Source: Catajapyx aquilonaris | Taxonomy: Eukaryota | Reading direction: 5' to 3' | Length of the DNA: 44,351 nt | Assembly: GCA_000934665.2 (NCBI GenBank) | Contig: KZ538005.1 | Coordinates: 124,001 to 168,351 of the forward strand | Part shown: positions 1-12,982 of the stretch, piece after piece | How positions within the stretch are numbered: the first letter of the stretch is position 1 | Layout of the letters: each line of letters opens with the position of its first letter | The notes under the pieces: model-generated | What the model was told of the DNA's origin: nothing | What the model saw: the letters and a program-made list of their open reading frames with translations, nothing else | The model's database searches: none | Made by a program: the position numbers and the translations under genes

Positions 1-1288
1 TCTGTACTACGAATGAATCAAAATCACAACATCTCCACTGACAATAAAGCTACTTAACATTCTCTATAAAGAGAACTTTTAATTTGCTTGATATTCTTCA
101 TCGTGAATTCATATCTTTACGACGTACTCATTAAAAATAACTCGGGATACAATTATTGCACGCATATTATCTTTTAAACACTCGCTTTTGAATCATGTTT
201 GTAGTTACAGGTGAAGTGAGTTACAATAAATTCAGAGTCATTGTGGGAACTACTATCGCATACAGTACTTCACATTTTTTTTTTGCAACATGTATCTTGT
301 GCTCAATAAGACATAGGCCTATTTAAAAAAAAACAACTTGCTTTGTCTGTACAGAGATGCTGTCACAAGTTGATCTCCAGTTGGGCTACCAAAATAATAG
401 AGAAAATGTCTGACTTCTGTGTTTTGAATAGTATGCATAATTGGAAGTTTTTCTCTTAATTTGATTTAATCCAACCAGTCTTAACAGTGATGCCAGACAC
501 TTATTGACCGGGCGAATAAATTATTTTACTGGGATGAGAATGAAAATAATTAATATTCGGCAAGAGACGACATACACAAAACCTTCTTGATAGAAGATAA
601 GAAGAGTCTTGAGAAACAAAAACCAGACGGCACGGAGAACCTTTATAAAACAAAAATAATGGACCCTTCCAGTTTCCAATATTCAAAGTTGATGACACTG
701 CCATCCAAGTCGTGGGAAGTCACCGTTTGTACCCTGCATGACCTTTTAAAGCCTAGTAGATCTATTTTAATAGCTCACATCAAATGATATTTCTCTGAAA
801 TATGACATACGTTCAATCAAAAGAGCAACCATTACATAACAAAATCATATGGGCAGTATCCCAATGCCACTTTGGATGTCCTCTGTAGCAACAGGTATGA
901 CAATCAAATGAATCTTAGGTGTATATCTCCCATTATAGGTAGATGTCCCACATAAATCATAGGAAAATATGGACAGAAGAGTTGTGCATCTTGCACCTTT
1001 TTGTCGGAGTGTCCGACCCCTCGTTAGGTCGTAATGGCCAATATAATTTACTGACTGATTAATTTTGCGCACAACAGCAGTATATTTTACTAATGACTTG
1101 TACTGCGGTAATTTATATTGAAAATATGAGACTGGACAGAACTTGATGGTTGATATTAGCAGTTGGTATAAATAAATGAGAATATTGAATTAATGTTAGC
1201 AGATTGATGGCTGGTAGACTTAACCCCCTCCTCTATAACAATATTGAAATATAAATATTTTTACGGACAATCGCTCCTTTTGAATATA

Positions 1289-1529
1289 CAGGGTGTTCCA
1301 ACTTCCAAGTTTGTGGGCCCTTTTAGTTCTAGGAAATTTTGCTCAAAACGTGTTTTTTTGTAGCTTGTTGTGCCCCGATCCAGGTGCCCTATTCTATTGA
1401 AACTGTTACATTCGACCACCTGATAGTATACTGAGGCACCTGGATCGAGGCACAACAAGCTACACGAAAATAACTACCTCGGGCGATATCAGTGATAAAT
1501 AAAATGACCCACGAACTTGGAACACCCTG
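1289..1529. mobile_element. MITE, Tc1/mariner-type ends (CAGGGTGTTCCAA), TA flanks, with an internal inverted repeat
   Basis: TA-CAGGGTGTTCCAA...TTGGAACACCCTG-TA. Inner 30-bp inverted repeat 1359-1388/1435-1464 with 1 mismatch. Related to 17474-17576. Confidence 0.85.
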
Positions 1530-4500
1530 TATGTGATCATAGAACTCTCAGTGATCCCGGCTCCGAGTGTCACTGTGGCTGGACAATGTAAACTCTATCT
1601 AGATGTTAGAACTTGTCGAACTCAACGGTTCCAGCACTTTTACACACTCATTCATAATAGCCTATTTGTATTGCCAGACTACATAACTGGAGAGACTCAG
1701 CGATGGACCCAATCAGACAAGCACATGCTGGCAAGTATCGGTGCCAAAAACCCAGAATCACGTGGTGGCCAAGAGACCAGAACGGCCTACCTCCTCCATG
1801 TGTCGGCACAGACACCGTGATGTTAGGCATCGACGACGGCAAGTCCATCTTCCAAGGTCCGGGACTACAGGCGGGGCTCGCCAGGCTGGAATCTGCCACC
1901 AGCATCCTCCGACCTGAACAATGGTCACCCTATGTGTATGGGTAACTGGTACCCTTCTCCCCTGGACGCCCCGCAACAAACGTCCGATCAGCGGGGACAA
2001 CAGAAGAGCACTGGCAGCCTGCACCGAGGGGCAGTTCCCCGGTGGGTATATCCATGCTACTCAGAAGCTGCCCATACTCTTTGGGCGCCTTTGGCAAGGG
2101 CGATCTGCCTTCCCATTGGCCAACAGGCTGCTCAGGTGGGCTCCGTGCCCGCCCATTAGTCCAGGTAGGAGGGAGGCCGGTCCAGACCCCCCTTTTGGGA
2201 CACAGGTGTCAACTAGGACCAAAGGGTCGTGTCCATCACGCCGAGGCACAAAAAAGAGGCGGGACTTGCAACAATATGTGACTCACTAAACTGGGTCGTA
2301 GAACTATGATTCAGGTAGGAATTGTGTGCTAAAAGCGTTATTGCTCATATTTACCCGGATGTTTACTCCAAGTTCACAGAAGCGATTATCTTGGGGGCCA
2401 CCCGCGCATTCATTACCAGCCAGGTTCAATGGTCACGTAGCCTAAATGGATAAATGCGTGGTGTACAAGGTGGCCCATTAATTCTCCTCGTTTCTTTGTT
2501 TACGCACTTTTTGAGCAATTTGTGGGAACTAACAAGTACACAAGATGAAAGGTAAGCGCAACGTCCACTTACAAGTGAAAGCACCAGGTCAGGGTCATGC
2601 GGTCATTGCGGTGTGTGCCACTGACTTCGCTTATTGCTTACCCTGTACCTGCAGGAAGGATATCATCAGCGCAATACAATAGGTACAGTATTTGAGTAGG
2701 ACTGACATTTATGTTGATAATATTGCAGTTCCGCCAACAAAATATGGTTTGCATACAGACCTTGTGGTGTAACCGCAGCCCTAAGACACGCCATAATGCA
2801 TTTTTAATTGCCTTTTATTTTGCAAGATGACGTCCAAACAAATTGCCACTCCAGAGCATCAATTGCGACGTTTAAAAAGCCGGACCTAAAAAACCAGGTG
2901 ACATACGACTTGTCTCAGATCCAATTATTCCACCCAAGTTGAGTGACCAACGCATATAATTCGTCCATCCGCGATAAGGAAAAGCGCCGGATCACAACAT
3001 GACTGCGAAATTAGTCCCCGGTCCCAAAGCTCATGTCCTAACAACTCCGTTCCTTGTCCAGATCCCAATCTGATTCCAGATGGAAATATAGATGACACTC
3101 GAGTCACGTCTTATTTGGCCCCAGTACCGTATCTTTCATAATTATTGAGACCCCGAGTGTTTCAAATGCCGCCGCTCCTCCTGTCGTAATAAACCCGTCG
3201 CAATTTCTGTTATCGAAAAGGGTCCCGGATTGATGACCACGGTTTGCTAGCGCTTGGAGAAAAGGGGCCTGTAATTATCCGAACGGGTTCAGGTAGCCTC
3301 CCTCACCTGGCCAACCTCCCCCTCCTTTTTCCTCAATTAGAGAGTCCTTTCAATCAGCAGAGGAGCAAGAGAGCGTTTTTCTTCCTGATGAAGACGGATC
3401 GGGAAAGTGGATAGGTTCGACTGGTTTCAGCGCCAAACTATGTGGGTCGACTATTGAGACACCTGGTTCCCCCTCACCTCGGTGGTTACCTGTTGTTACC
3501 TTGGGATGATGAGATGCGTTTGTGTGATAGAGGAAAAGATGAGAATGGATCAGATTGACCCCGCAGGGATGAGGGCCCTAAATGTGGCACCAATTAGGTC
3601 ATGTTTCATATCAGCTTGGTAGCCACTGGTTTTTAATTGGCTGGGAAAAGTTACACCGAAGTTGTTTCACCTGGGGTCATTTTCTATGATTCTTTCTCGG
3701 CACATAGTAAATGAGTCGAATTCGAGTGAAAGTGCGTGAGTATTGGGGGGGTGATATTGACCTAGTTGGAAGTCATTTGAATGTGTGATGCGTACGTCAT
3801 GCGAGCAATGTGTCAAAGTGTCGGATTAGCATACTGATACACTCTAGTGTTAAAGGCGGCCTTTTAAATCTTGAAATCGTTACCTGGTAATTGCATGGAA
3901 TTAAAATATGTGCTGTGGTATTACGTGCCGTTATGCCGGTCGAACCATGCGGTTTGGCAATAATTGATAGCATGCACGACGTTTATTAAGCATAGTTTAA
4001 ATGTTTTGTCACTGTTTGTCGATGCATCTTAATGATGGATGGATCAATCTAGAAAGTCTACAAGTCAAGAGTCACCGTAAAATATGAAGCACAGCGTGTG
4101 GGATTTTGCATATAAATATGCAAAAAATGAAGATATATCATTTTTCAAATCTAACCGCTTAAATATAATAAAATGGACAACATGTTGGTGCAATTCCTAT
4201 GACGCAATATTATAAATGGGTGGAGGCAGCTACAGTTTTCAGTTCCGCCAAATTCCATCCATACATGACCTGAATATCTGGGGGACAACTACCAAGAATG
4301 CAGAATGGCCATCACTCTTGAAAAGTCCAAGTTAGTGAATGCCACTCTGACCTCACCCCTAAGACACGACATTTGGCTCCCTTGACCCTCTTGCAGCATA
4401 CATCGGAATGCCCCCAAAAATTCCTAGCGTCCTGCACGCCCACAAATCATGGCATCACTTAATGGTGTGCCCTAATAATGGCTTAATAATGGCCCTGCAC

Positions 4501-5045
4501 ATACACTGTAATTAACAGATATCCCTCCAGGCACAGCTGTGTATACAATGAGGTATAGTGACCCTCGCCGGAGGAAAATGAAAATTTTGCCAAGGGCCAT
4601 AGGGCACACGCCATCTCTTCACCTGTCGTGCATATGTACATATGTGATTCAGCTGCTTCCTTCATTTCATATGCGGCAGTCAGTGTCTCAGAGACAATAA
4701 TGGTCGCGAGTCGATGACTTTTTATTAGCATTTTCTTTCCGTTTGAATCATCCGGTGGTGACGTTAGAAGAAAAGAGCTGGTCACCTGTCACATTGTGTC
4801 ACCTGGTAATCACGACATTTTCTGGTGAGAAATGGTCTGCTGTAAAACTGATGCTATTTTAACTATAGGTATTTTGACCGCCACCCTGTGCCGTAGTACC
4901 TATGCAGTAATGGGTTAATTTTATCACGTAATGATGCGATACGATCATCAAAGGTGTCTCCGGTTCGATTTGAAAATTTTACTGCATTCGTTAGTGAAAC
5001 CGGCGCCATAAAAATCACTGATAAAAAAATAGGTTGAAAACTTAC

Positions 5046-5084
5046 CCGAGTCCATAGACATCAAGGTGTGCTTCAAAGTGTAGT
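5046..5084 (-). CDS. Candidate 39-nt symmetric (phase 1/1) small exon
   Basis: Strong polypyrimidine acceptor (ctttcttatttttcAG) and GTAAGT donor; (D)YTLKHTLMSMDS; phase-compatible with the exon at 25545. Confidence 0.45.
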
Positions 5085-5859
5085 CTGAAAAATAAGAAAG
5101 AACAGGTTACATACACTCACCAAAAGTTACTATGCAAGGCTATGATTCTATGAAAGAACCGACTACTTGACATCTTATTGATGATGAGAGGAGCGTGGAT
5201 GAAGGGATTAATAGTCTGACTAAGAATGGGCGTGAATCAGGGCGAGAGTGGTAAAACTGCTCCGGCTGCCTTTAATTATTGCCAGCAAGAAATACCGATT
5301 ACACCGCTTTGCAATTAAACATACTCTTAAACGCATTAGCTCCCTGAGTTATATCTGCTATTTGCTACTGGTGAGCTCACTGAACCCTATTCAGCGTCAA
5401 TCTGTACAACCAACCCAGCCATAACTGCCTTTGTCACGTAGAGATATTGAGAGGTAAAAATGTCGGGCCAGATTTTTTTGGGGCTCTGGCAATGAGCAGT
5501 TATTTTTTTGGTATTACCACATTAGGACTATTTACAAAGGGGCGAGGCAGTGTCTTGATAATGATTGCCACATAATACCGTACGATGTGACAAGTAATTC
5601 CGGCCAATTATATGGGAGTCGTGGTGACCAGGACGGCTGGAGGACAATATTGCGCATTGCTTTTTTGACATTTTCATGAGGCTTGATGTAGGCCCCCTAA
5701 CACTGTTGTTAAGAACCATAAGGATAATAATCTGAAAGATATTGAGTGAAACCTTATGCAGGTATCGGTTCCTTATGAGAGGTATGATATACATACATCG
5801 TCTTCGTTATCAATGATTGCAATATTTCCTGACAATACAATCAAAAAAGTGGTTCTATA

Positions 5860-6078
5860 CAGGGTTGGCCAAAAAAGTGGGTGGGAAATATTGTATACGC
5901 TGTTAATTGAAGGATGGGAAAGTCCTCCAGGTCCACGAGCTACTATGTGATGATGCCAGCACAGGTGACATGACAAAAAAATTGTAAACCGAGCAGGTGA
6001 AAGTGTGCCCCTGCAACTCCGCTCGCGTAATCCTGTCTCGCGAGCAACCCGCGCAAAAAAGTGATAAATACTTCCCAA
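5860..6078. mobile_element. Truncated CAGGGT-ended MITE remnant
   Basis: TA-CAGGGTTGGCCAAAAAAGTGGGTGGGAAATATT left end; only a partial inverted match (AATACTTCCCA) at right. Confidence 0.35.
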
Positions 6079-9000
6079 CAAGCCACATATCACCACCCGA
6101 CTTATTAATTGCTTAATTGCTATGAATCACCTCCGGAGACGAATACTTAGCCCGCTTCCAACCCTGAGGTGACATAATAGTGTCAGATTTGACAACGTCC
6201 TGATTCCACTAACTTATTTAGCAATGACTATATCTTTCACCTAACTCCTGTGTTGCCCACACATTCACTAGATATTTTATAATGTGCACGTACACTGCAC
6301 ATAGTATACAAAAGGGGTAAAAAAAATGGAGATTAATGAAGCACTGAGGTTCATGAGCAATCAATCAGTAATGCTTCACGTCGCAGGTCGCTGATAAAGC
6401 TTATTGCTCATAGCAGGGGGTAACTACAAGTCAGGGTTTTTTTTACGGCAGGTATGGGACAATATGAGCATTGGACCGGTGGCCGCCCCTGCGATTATTC
6501 ACCCAACAAGAAGAGACAGGAAAGGGTAATCATGATTGAGTTATCAACATGAGTTTTGGATGATAGCATACTTAAACGAGTGTATTGTGCGTCTCATAAG
6601 TCATAGACAGGCGGACGCACAGGTCATTGGCAACCCTGCAACGTGGTGTCCTCATTACGCGGTGGTTGGAAGCGACAATAGAGTTATCTCATGATCCTGG
6701 AGCAAGTCAATGCGCATCACCGCCTCGTTCTGTAATGCACCCCCAGAGGTGACACCCAATTACAGGTCTGGAATGAAGCCATTGACGACTTCATTACCCT
6801 CGAAGGAGGAGACAGGGGTACGGAGGAGCCTTCGGGGCCCAAAACCTGAGTTGATGGCCCCACATAATCAGGGTGCATGCACGACGGGGAGCTCATGCTG
6901 CCACTCTCCCAAGGGCCTCGGTGACAAATGAGAATCGCTGCCAGAAGAAGAAGAAGAAGCTGGGGGTGAGAGCCGTCAAATGCTCCATGCCATATACCCC
7001 CCTGGATTTGATGGAATGACAAAGTGAAGCGCCGGGAGGAGGAAAAGGGGCAAGATGGCATACGAAACCCCAGCGCCATTTATCTGGATTGCACACCGGG
7101 GTTAACAAATGAGGCGCCATTGTGAGGACCTGCTGCTTGTGGCTGCTGCTCAGGGTAAAGGTGTGGTCGGTCCCAACGTCAGAAGGATCTTCTTTGCTCT
7201 GAGGGATCTTCTGGCCTTTATGAGGAACGCCATAACTCCGTGACAACACCGTGTGCATAAGATATGAGTGTGTGTAAGCCGGGAATGTCATCGCAAGTTG
7301 AGCACCTGTGAGCATGGCATCAAAATGTTCCAAGTTCGATTTCAGCATACCCATTGCAGCAAGTGCAGCAGGCCTCCATTACATCAGTATGGAATATATT
7401 AGAGAAATGCTGGTAATCAGAGTTTATATGCTCGGAATTTTTCAAAATCGTTCGTAAATACATTTGCTGGTAATCCTAGCAACACGTGATTGAAATATTA
7501 TGTCACAAAACAGCGTGTACACGTAAAGTCTGTCTTTACACACAATCTGTGTAAATTGCTTTTGTTCGTGCCTGTTGCCCCACGTGGAAGTCGGTTTTAA
7601 CTGTTGACACAATTGCATAATACCTTTGACGCAAGTTACTCTCACGAAGGACACGGAAATATCAATCGCGTTTCTGTAAATTGGACAAAAAGGCATGTAT
7701 GGTTTCATAAGGCATTTCCTCAATCAAATTGATAAGGGCTTGAGCTCCACCTTGATGGACGCAAATCCAGTTGATGTCGTGTGGACCGGCTATATCCGGA
7801 AGAACCGAGTCGGTTCACGAATGACCGATATCTGCACGAAGAATTGCGCATAAGCGATGCAGAAGGCAGGAAAAGTTCGTGATCGGATTTGAAGACTCTG
7901 GACCGAAAGCCAAGGGGTCTCTATTACGGCCCAAAACCTGCGCCAGTTCGGCAGTTGAGAATACATAAGAAGATGAAGATAAAGCGATGCGATCCCCAAC
8001 GGTGTCAAACCAGAAAAAACCTCTTCAACTTTGCTCCCAGTGATGCATATGCGATGCTTATCTGTCATGTATGGGACAACTCATTCAGCCAGCCCCCTGT
8101 CGAGGGCAAACACCGACTTCCAGTTGGTCACGACATAATCAAATGATACATAGTTAATGTTTGAAATTTGGTAACAAAGTGAACAAATGGATTCTCCAAT
8201 GTCATAAGCGCACAACCTGTTCCATATATCTTCCAAGGGTGAGCATCCCGATAGCACCAGGCGCCATCCAGCGAGCCTGGGAAAAGGGAAGCCTCCCAAA
8301 TTTAGTGCCACAAATCAGTCTCGTGTCGCCTACCCCTCATGTCCGGCTCTTAACACTGGAGATGATCGCGACAAGGCGTCCGGGCGTGGCCGCTTGACGC
8401 CTCCAAAAAGGGGTGGGGGGGTGTCGAGGGGGGGCCCGGTTTGGGCACCTCGTGAAAAACCAGGGACCCTGTAGTCGAGTTCATAAAAGGTGGCAGGCAG
8501 GCACCATTACACCCGCGGATTCGAGGCACACAAGAGCATCGGCTTTACGAGCTTCCGAAGCTACGGGGTGGAGTTGTTGATTTAGGCCTGGTCAGCCGAA
8601 ATACATTTGGTCGAACCTACGCTCTCACCACGTGGCGCCCCATATGCAACATGGCTCCTCCATCAGCCATGTTGGCTCGGAGGAACTAAGTTCGGCCAAT
8701 CCTGCCTACACCTCGGAGTCAGCTTCTGGTCAGGTGAGGACCGGTCCAAAGGTTAATGGTAACGCCCGTCTGTCGGCGAAAAGGGGACTAGTTAACCCCC
8801 CTTGGCTGAGATAAGGCCAGGTAGCAAAGGGGGCGCGTAAAGCGCGACTCTTTTAACTAATTAGCCGAAGCCCTATTCGGGCTCGTATTTCAATCCGTGG
8901 AGGCGGACCCCCGATAAGGTCAGGGAAGACCTTGAGCGGTGCCAAAGGAGCCAGAGCACCGTGTCTAACCGGTAATTAAAGTGCTATCGGTAATTCTGAT

Positions 9001-10018
9001 CGGGGGGGCCCCGCGAAGCCGTGTGCATCTCGATGTCTTCATTACAGACCGCCTAATCCATTAACAAGGGGGCACTTCGCATTACCTCTGCTGCCAAGAT
9101 GCTGCTGATGCTAGTAACATATTTTACGGCGCACCCCTCAAGGAGCCGCCTGATGTGTAATTTTCGGGGGTCGCCAGCTTTTGAGCCAAGACTCTTTATC
9201 ACCAAAGCGTGAAACAGTTCTCTTGTGTGAAGAAGTCATTGGGGGTAATTTAGGGTCTGGGACGCTAACGAGGAGGGGTTAGTTGCTGCTCTTTTCCCTT
9301 GACCATCATGATGATTGACCATCGGGGATTGCCAGATAAATCAATTGGGAGAGTCTCAGCACTTAGACCACACCAAAAACGGGGGACGGTGTCCGGACCC
9401 TCGGTGCCTGAATAAAGATCGCGATTAATTCAGGGGCCCAATCTTTTTTCCTGATCTTGATTGGATCCACAGTTACCCAAACTGCCCGCCTGCATTTCAA
9501 ATGACTCCGGCGGGAAATTCCATCATCGGAATCGCTTTACTGATTTCTATCAAGAATAGATTAGGGCCACTCTTTATAAGGTTAATCAGATGCGGGATTG
9601 CTGCTGATCAGGGCTAGGGTTGATATTTATATCAGAATCATTCGCAGGTTACGCGCTTTTTCTAATCAACTAGTTCCCAACATGTTAGCACCACTAGCAT
9701 TTTTACGACGCCTACGTACACACATGGGGAATTTGGCTTTGGTATATCGTGCTGCATAGATTTAATTTTGATTACAGGGTCCAGAAGTGGATTGAGCTTG
9801 ACATTTCACAACTGCATTCTACAGTGGATAAGCATGTCAAGTATGGCAAGCATTGGTAAAAATAATTCTCCATAATGGCTGTTTATCCCGAGTAGGAATA
9901 TATGTACAGTTCACGGACCACTATATAGATTACAATCACTACTGTCTTAATAGCAGCTGTTTATAATGACGTCAGTACTTCCAGTACTATTATAAAGGAT
10001 TTGTGCTAGACGAATGTA

Positions 10019-10421
10019 CAGGTCATATCCGAAACTCCGAAAACCGAATAGCTCATAATACCGAAAGAGTTTTCATGGAGTTCAAATTGGCAGTTATTGG
10101 AAACGTGTAGGCGATTTACCAGTGCGTAATAGTGTAAAATATAAGAAAGCACTAGTAACCATCAACAGACGTTCGACTCCAACCTGGACAACAGTCACCA
10201 TGACAACGATGACGACACTCCAAGGACCTTCAATCTATATATAGATGCAATATGCCTTTGCTGCCTATGTGTGTACAGGGGTTAAAAATCGGACTTTTCT
10301 GAAATACGAGGATGCACGGTGCAGTATGCGCATATACTGTAATACCATTCCCCCGGAAAAATTTCGAGTTCCGGAACCTCTCTGATCCCAAGGATTTTGG
10401 ATAAGAGAGTGTGGATATATG
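10019..10421. mobile_element. Degenerate TA-flanked DNA-transposon-like repeat (pogo/Tigger-like MITE)
   Basis: Imperfect inverted ends (CAGGTCATATCCGAAA / TTTTGGATAAG...ATG-TA); shares sequence blocks with an inverted partial copy at 12590-12767. Confidence 0.55.
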
Positions 10422-12589
10422 TACTGATTTTTTTTTCTCTCTTTTCCACACGATAATATTTTGCACAACCTAGATACCAAAATAAAATTTGAACTGTTCC
10501 CGCCAAGTTCCTACAGTTATTGGCAAGCAAAATGACCCACTGTAAAAGGAGCTTTATAAAATGTGCACTGACTAAATTCTCAATTCAAAGAAAGATCAAA
10601 TTGATTATTTACCCCATCAACAACCAGTCAAGAAAAAAAACCCTGTTCGAATCGACAGCCAGAGTTTCATTCATTTGTGATTGTTTCTCGGCTAAATAAG
10701 CTGGTTGCTGGGATAAATAATACATAGATTATTCTCTTGACGTAGGTCCTAGTGCAATGCCCCACACTGCATACTCTTTGCCCAAATTACTGCATAATAT
10801 AGCCCAATACTGCGTAATAATCTGATGAACCTCACAAACGAACATCGCATCAAAGAAGAAGAGCAGGGTTCATTAGTGGTCACCATTGCTGACGTGCGTA
10901 ATTGCCAGTTAGTTCCTGCCAGCTTCCTTTGCTATAGATTCATACTATCTCTATGAAATCAATAACTTGACGACGTTATTGATTTTTATTCAGCATAGTT
11001 GCCTTTTTGGTGAAAATGCCTTTTGTCTGTGAATAGGTCATACACTATATAAGGATGTTCCGTTTGCTGAGCAAACAGAACATCCTTTAGTCTTTAGTGT
11101 ATGACATATAATTTTTGGGTAATATTCAAATATTGCTGGATTGGATCCACCTGAGGTAAATGACTGAAAAATTTATTGAACAATGCTAGCTTTTCAGAAC
11201 AAAAACTTGCCCCTATATTCTTCCTATAATTTGTACTCGTATAAAATAGCACTATAATAATTATTGTCATGTGGAAATGTAGTGCAGTGCTTTTTCACAC
11301 ATTGAACTCACGGCACAAGATATTAAATAGTTTTTGCAAGCTACTAAAAACTAATAATTAAATTTTGCGCGCTGAACTAGTAGAAATATATAACTAAATT
11401 TGCATACCCTTTTAAATTACGGCACATTAATATTCTTTCCAACTCTCCATACAATGTCTCGTAATAAGCGCACTAATATACCATAGATCTCACAGGTGCC
11501 TAATCGCAAGCTGGATTATTTCAAGTCTACCAATAATACAAGCAGGTGTTGCTTCAACTGCTCCCATATACATCCCAACTGGATGTAATTACCACCCATT
11601 GTTTCCAACACGCCAAAATATAAATCAAGCATGCACCGGTACTGTCACACCAAAGGGGGGGAAATCCCCTGGTATATGAATAGGACAGAACAGGTGGCTT
11701 ACCTGTTCGGCGAAGGTGTGCTGAAGGAAGACCACAATTATAATGTGTACAACAGCAACAAAAAAAATGTCTACCACAACAACACAAGAACTATGACACT
11801 GCAGCTGCTAAACTCCGTCGCGTCTCATTTCCAAATGCTCGTCTCCTTCACCTCAACCTGACCCTGTCATCCTCTTTATCCACCTTGCGTACAGGCTTTA
11901 CACATGACCACACTCCATGCCACTGTTGCCATATTGCGACTCTCGGTACACTCTGAGCCCAGCCCCGATTTTTTTAGATTAAGGCGAGCATTGCGGGTGA
12001 CATACTGTTAGTGGCAAACTAGTTGAAATGTTGATTTGAATATGGAAGAAGTGGCAACGTTTGATGCGAGTGGTAGCCAATGAGAAGGGTTGGTGGAAAG
12101 CGTGGCATCGCCTGGCCGTGGACAATGAGAGGAGGTGTTGCCCATTGCGAGGGGGGAAACTAGGTGGGTGGAGAGGGGCTCATATAGGTGGGCAAGAGAG
12201 CGAAACACTTGTTTGTCGGTTATGATTTGCTAATGACTTCCGTACTGGGTGAGAATGGTTGGATGCTCAAAGGCTGCCATTGGTAACTAGCCATGGAAAA
12301 CGATGCTAGGCTAGAATTGGCGATGGGAAAGATGGCGGCCGGCTCTTATATTCAGGCCGTTCTTGCGCAGAAATGTGACTAAAGTACAGCAGAGACATTA
12401 TGACCGCGTACGGATACGTCATTATCACATATTTATACATATATGCTAAAAACACTGCAAGAGGTGCACTTTTATAGAAAGAAAATCATTGAGTTAATCA
12501 ACGGACGTTGTGGTCAACCAGGTATAATGGTCAGCAGAAAAGAGGATGGCACTAGCTCTAAGTTTGTGTTAATTGTGGTGGAATGCAGT

Positions 12590-12767
12590 AAAGGCACACT
12601 TCTAGAATGAGGGTCCTGGAAATGTCGTCATAGTTGTCATGGTGACATGTCTTGATGTTAGGACTTGCCTTTCACCAAATGCTAGCATTGGTACGCAAAT
12701 GACCTCTCTGGAAAAGCTTTCAGTATTAGCGATTTTCTGATTTCAGAGTTCTGAATATGGGATTGTG
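12590..12767 (-). mobile_element. Partial inverted copy of the 10019-10421 repeat family
   Basis: Its reverse complement aligns by eye with ~10025-10080 and ~10194-10260 (gtcaccatgacaac.atgacgaca...ggacc.tca.tcta). Confidence 0.6.
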
Positions 12768-12982
12768 TGACGTATCTGCTGAACTGGACATCCCTTTAGG
12801 CATTTAGGGCATATAGTGTGCAAAAAAATGTCAAATGGAAGCTATATGAACGTCATAAACCGCCCTAATCTGAAAACATTTAGCAAGAAAGCTATTGGCA
12901 GTATTACGGATGTAATATTTTCTATTTACTCCAGTATACGAATATGTAGCAGAAAGGCCTTCAGTGACATGCATGCATAATA

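Noticed and set aside
1703..1945. HAGKYRC resembling an Ig-domain DxGxYxC motif
   Set aside because: No surrounding Ig pattern (first Cys, Trp, alternating strands).
3385..3410. CTGATGA...GAAA hammerhead ribozyme-like core
   Set aside because: Stem II does not pair and no cleavage-site stem is evident.
4820..4918. piggyBac-like end (TGCAGTAATGGG-TTAA), with an inverted match near 32806
   Set aside because: No matching partner terminus nearby; too degenerate to delimit an element.
8405..8445. G-rich tract with G-quadruplex potential
   Set aside because: Low-complexity run with no supporting context.
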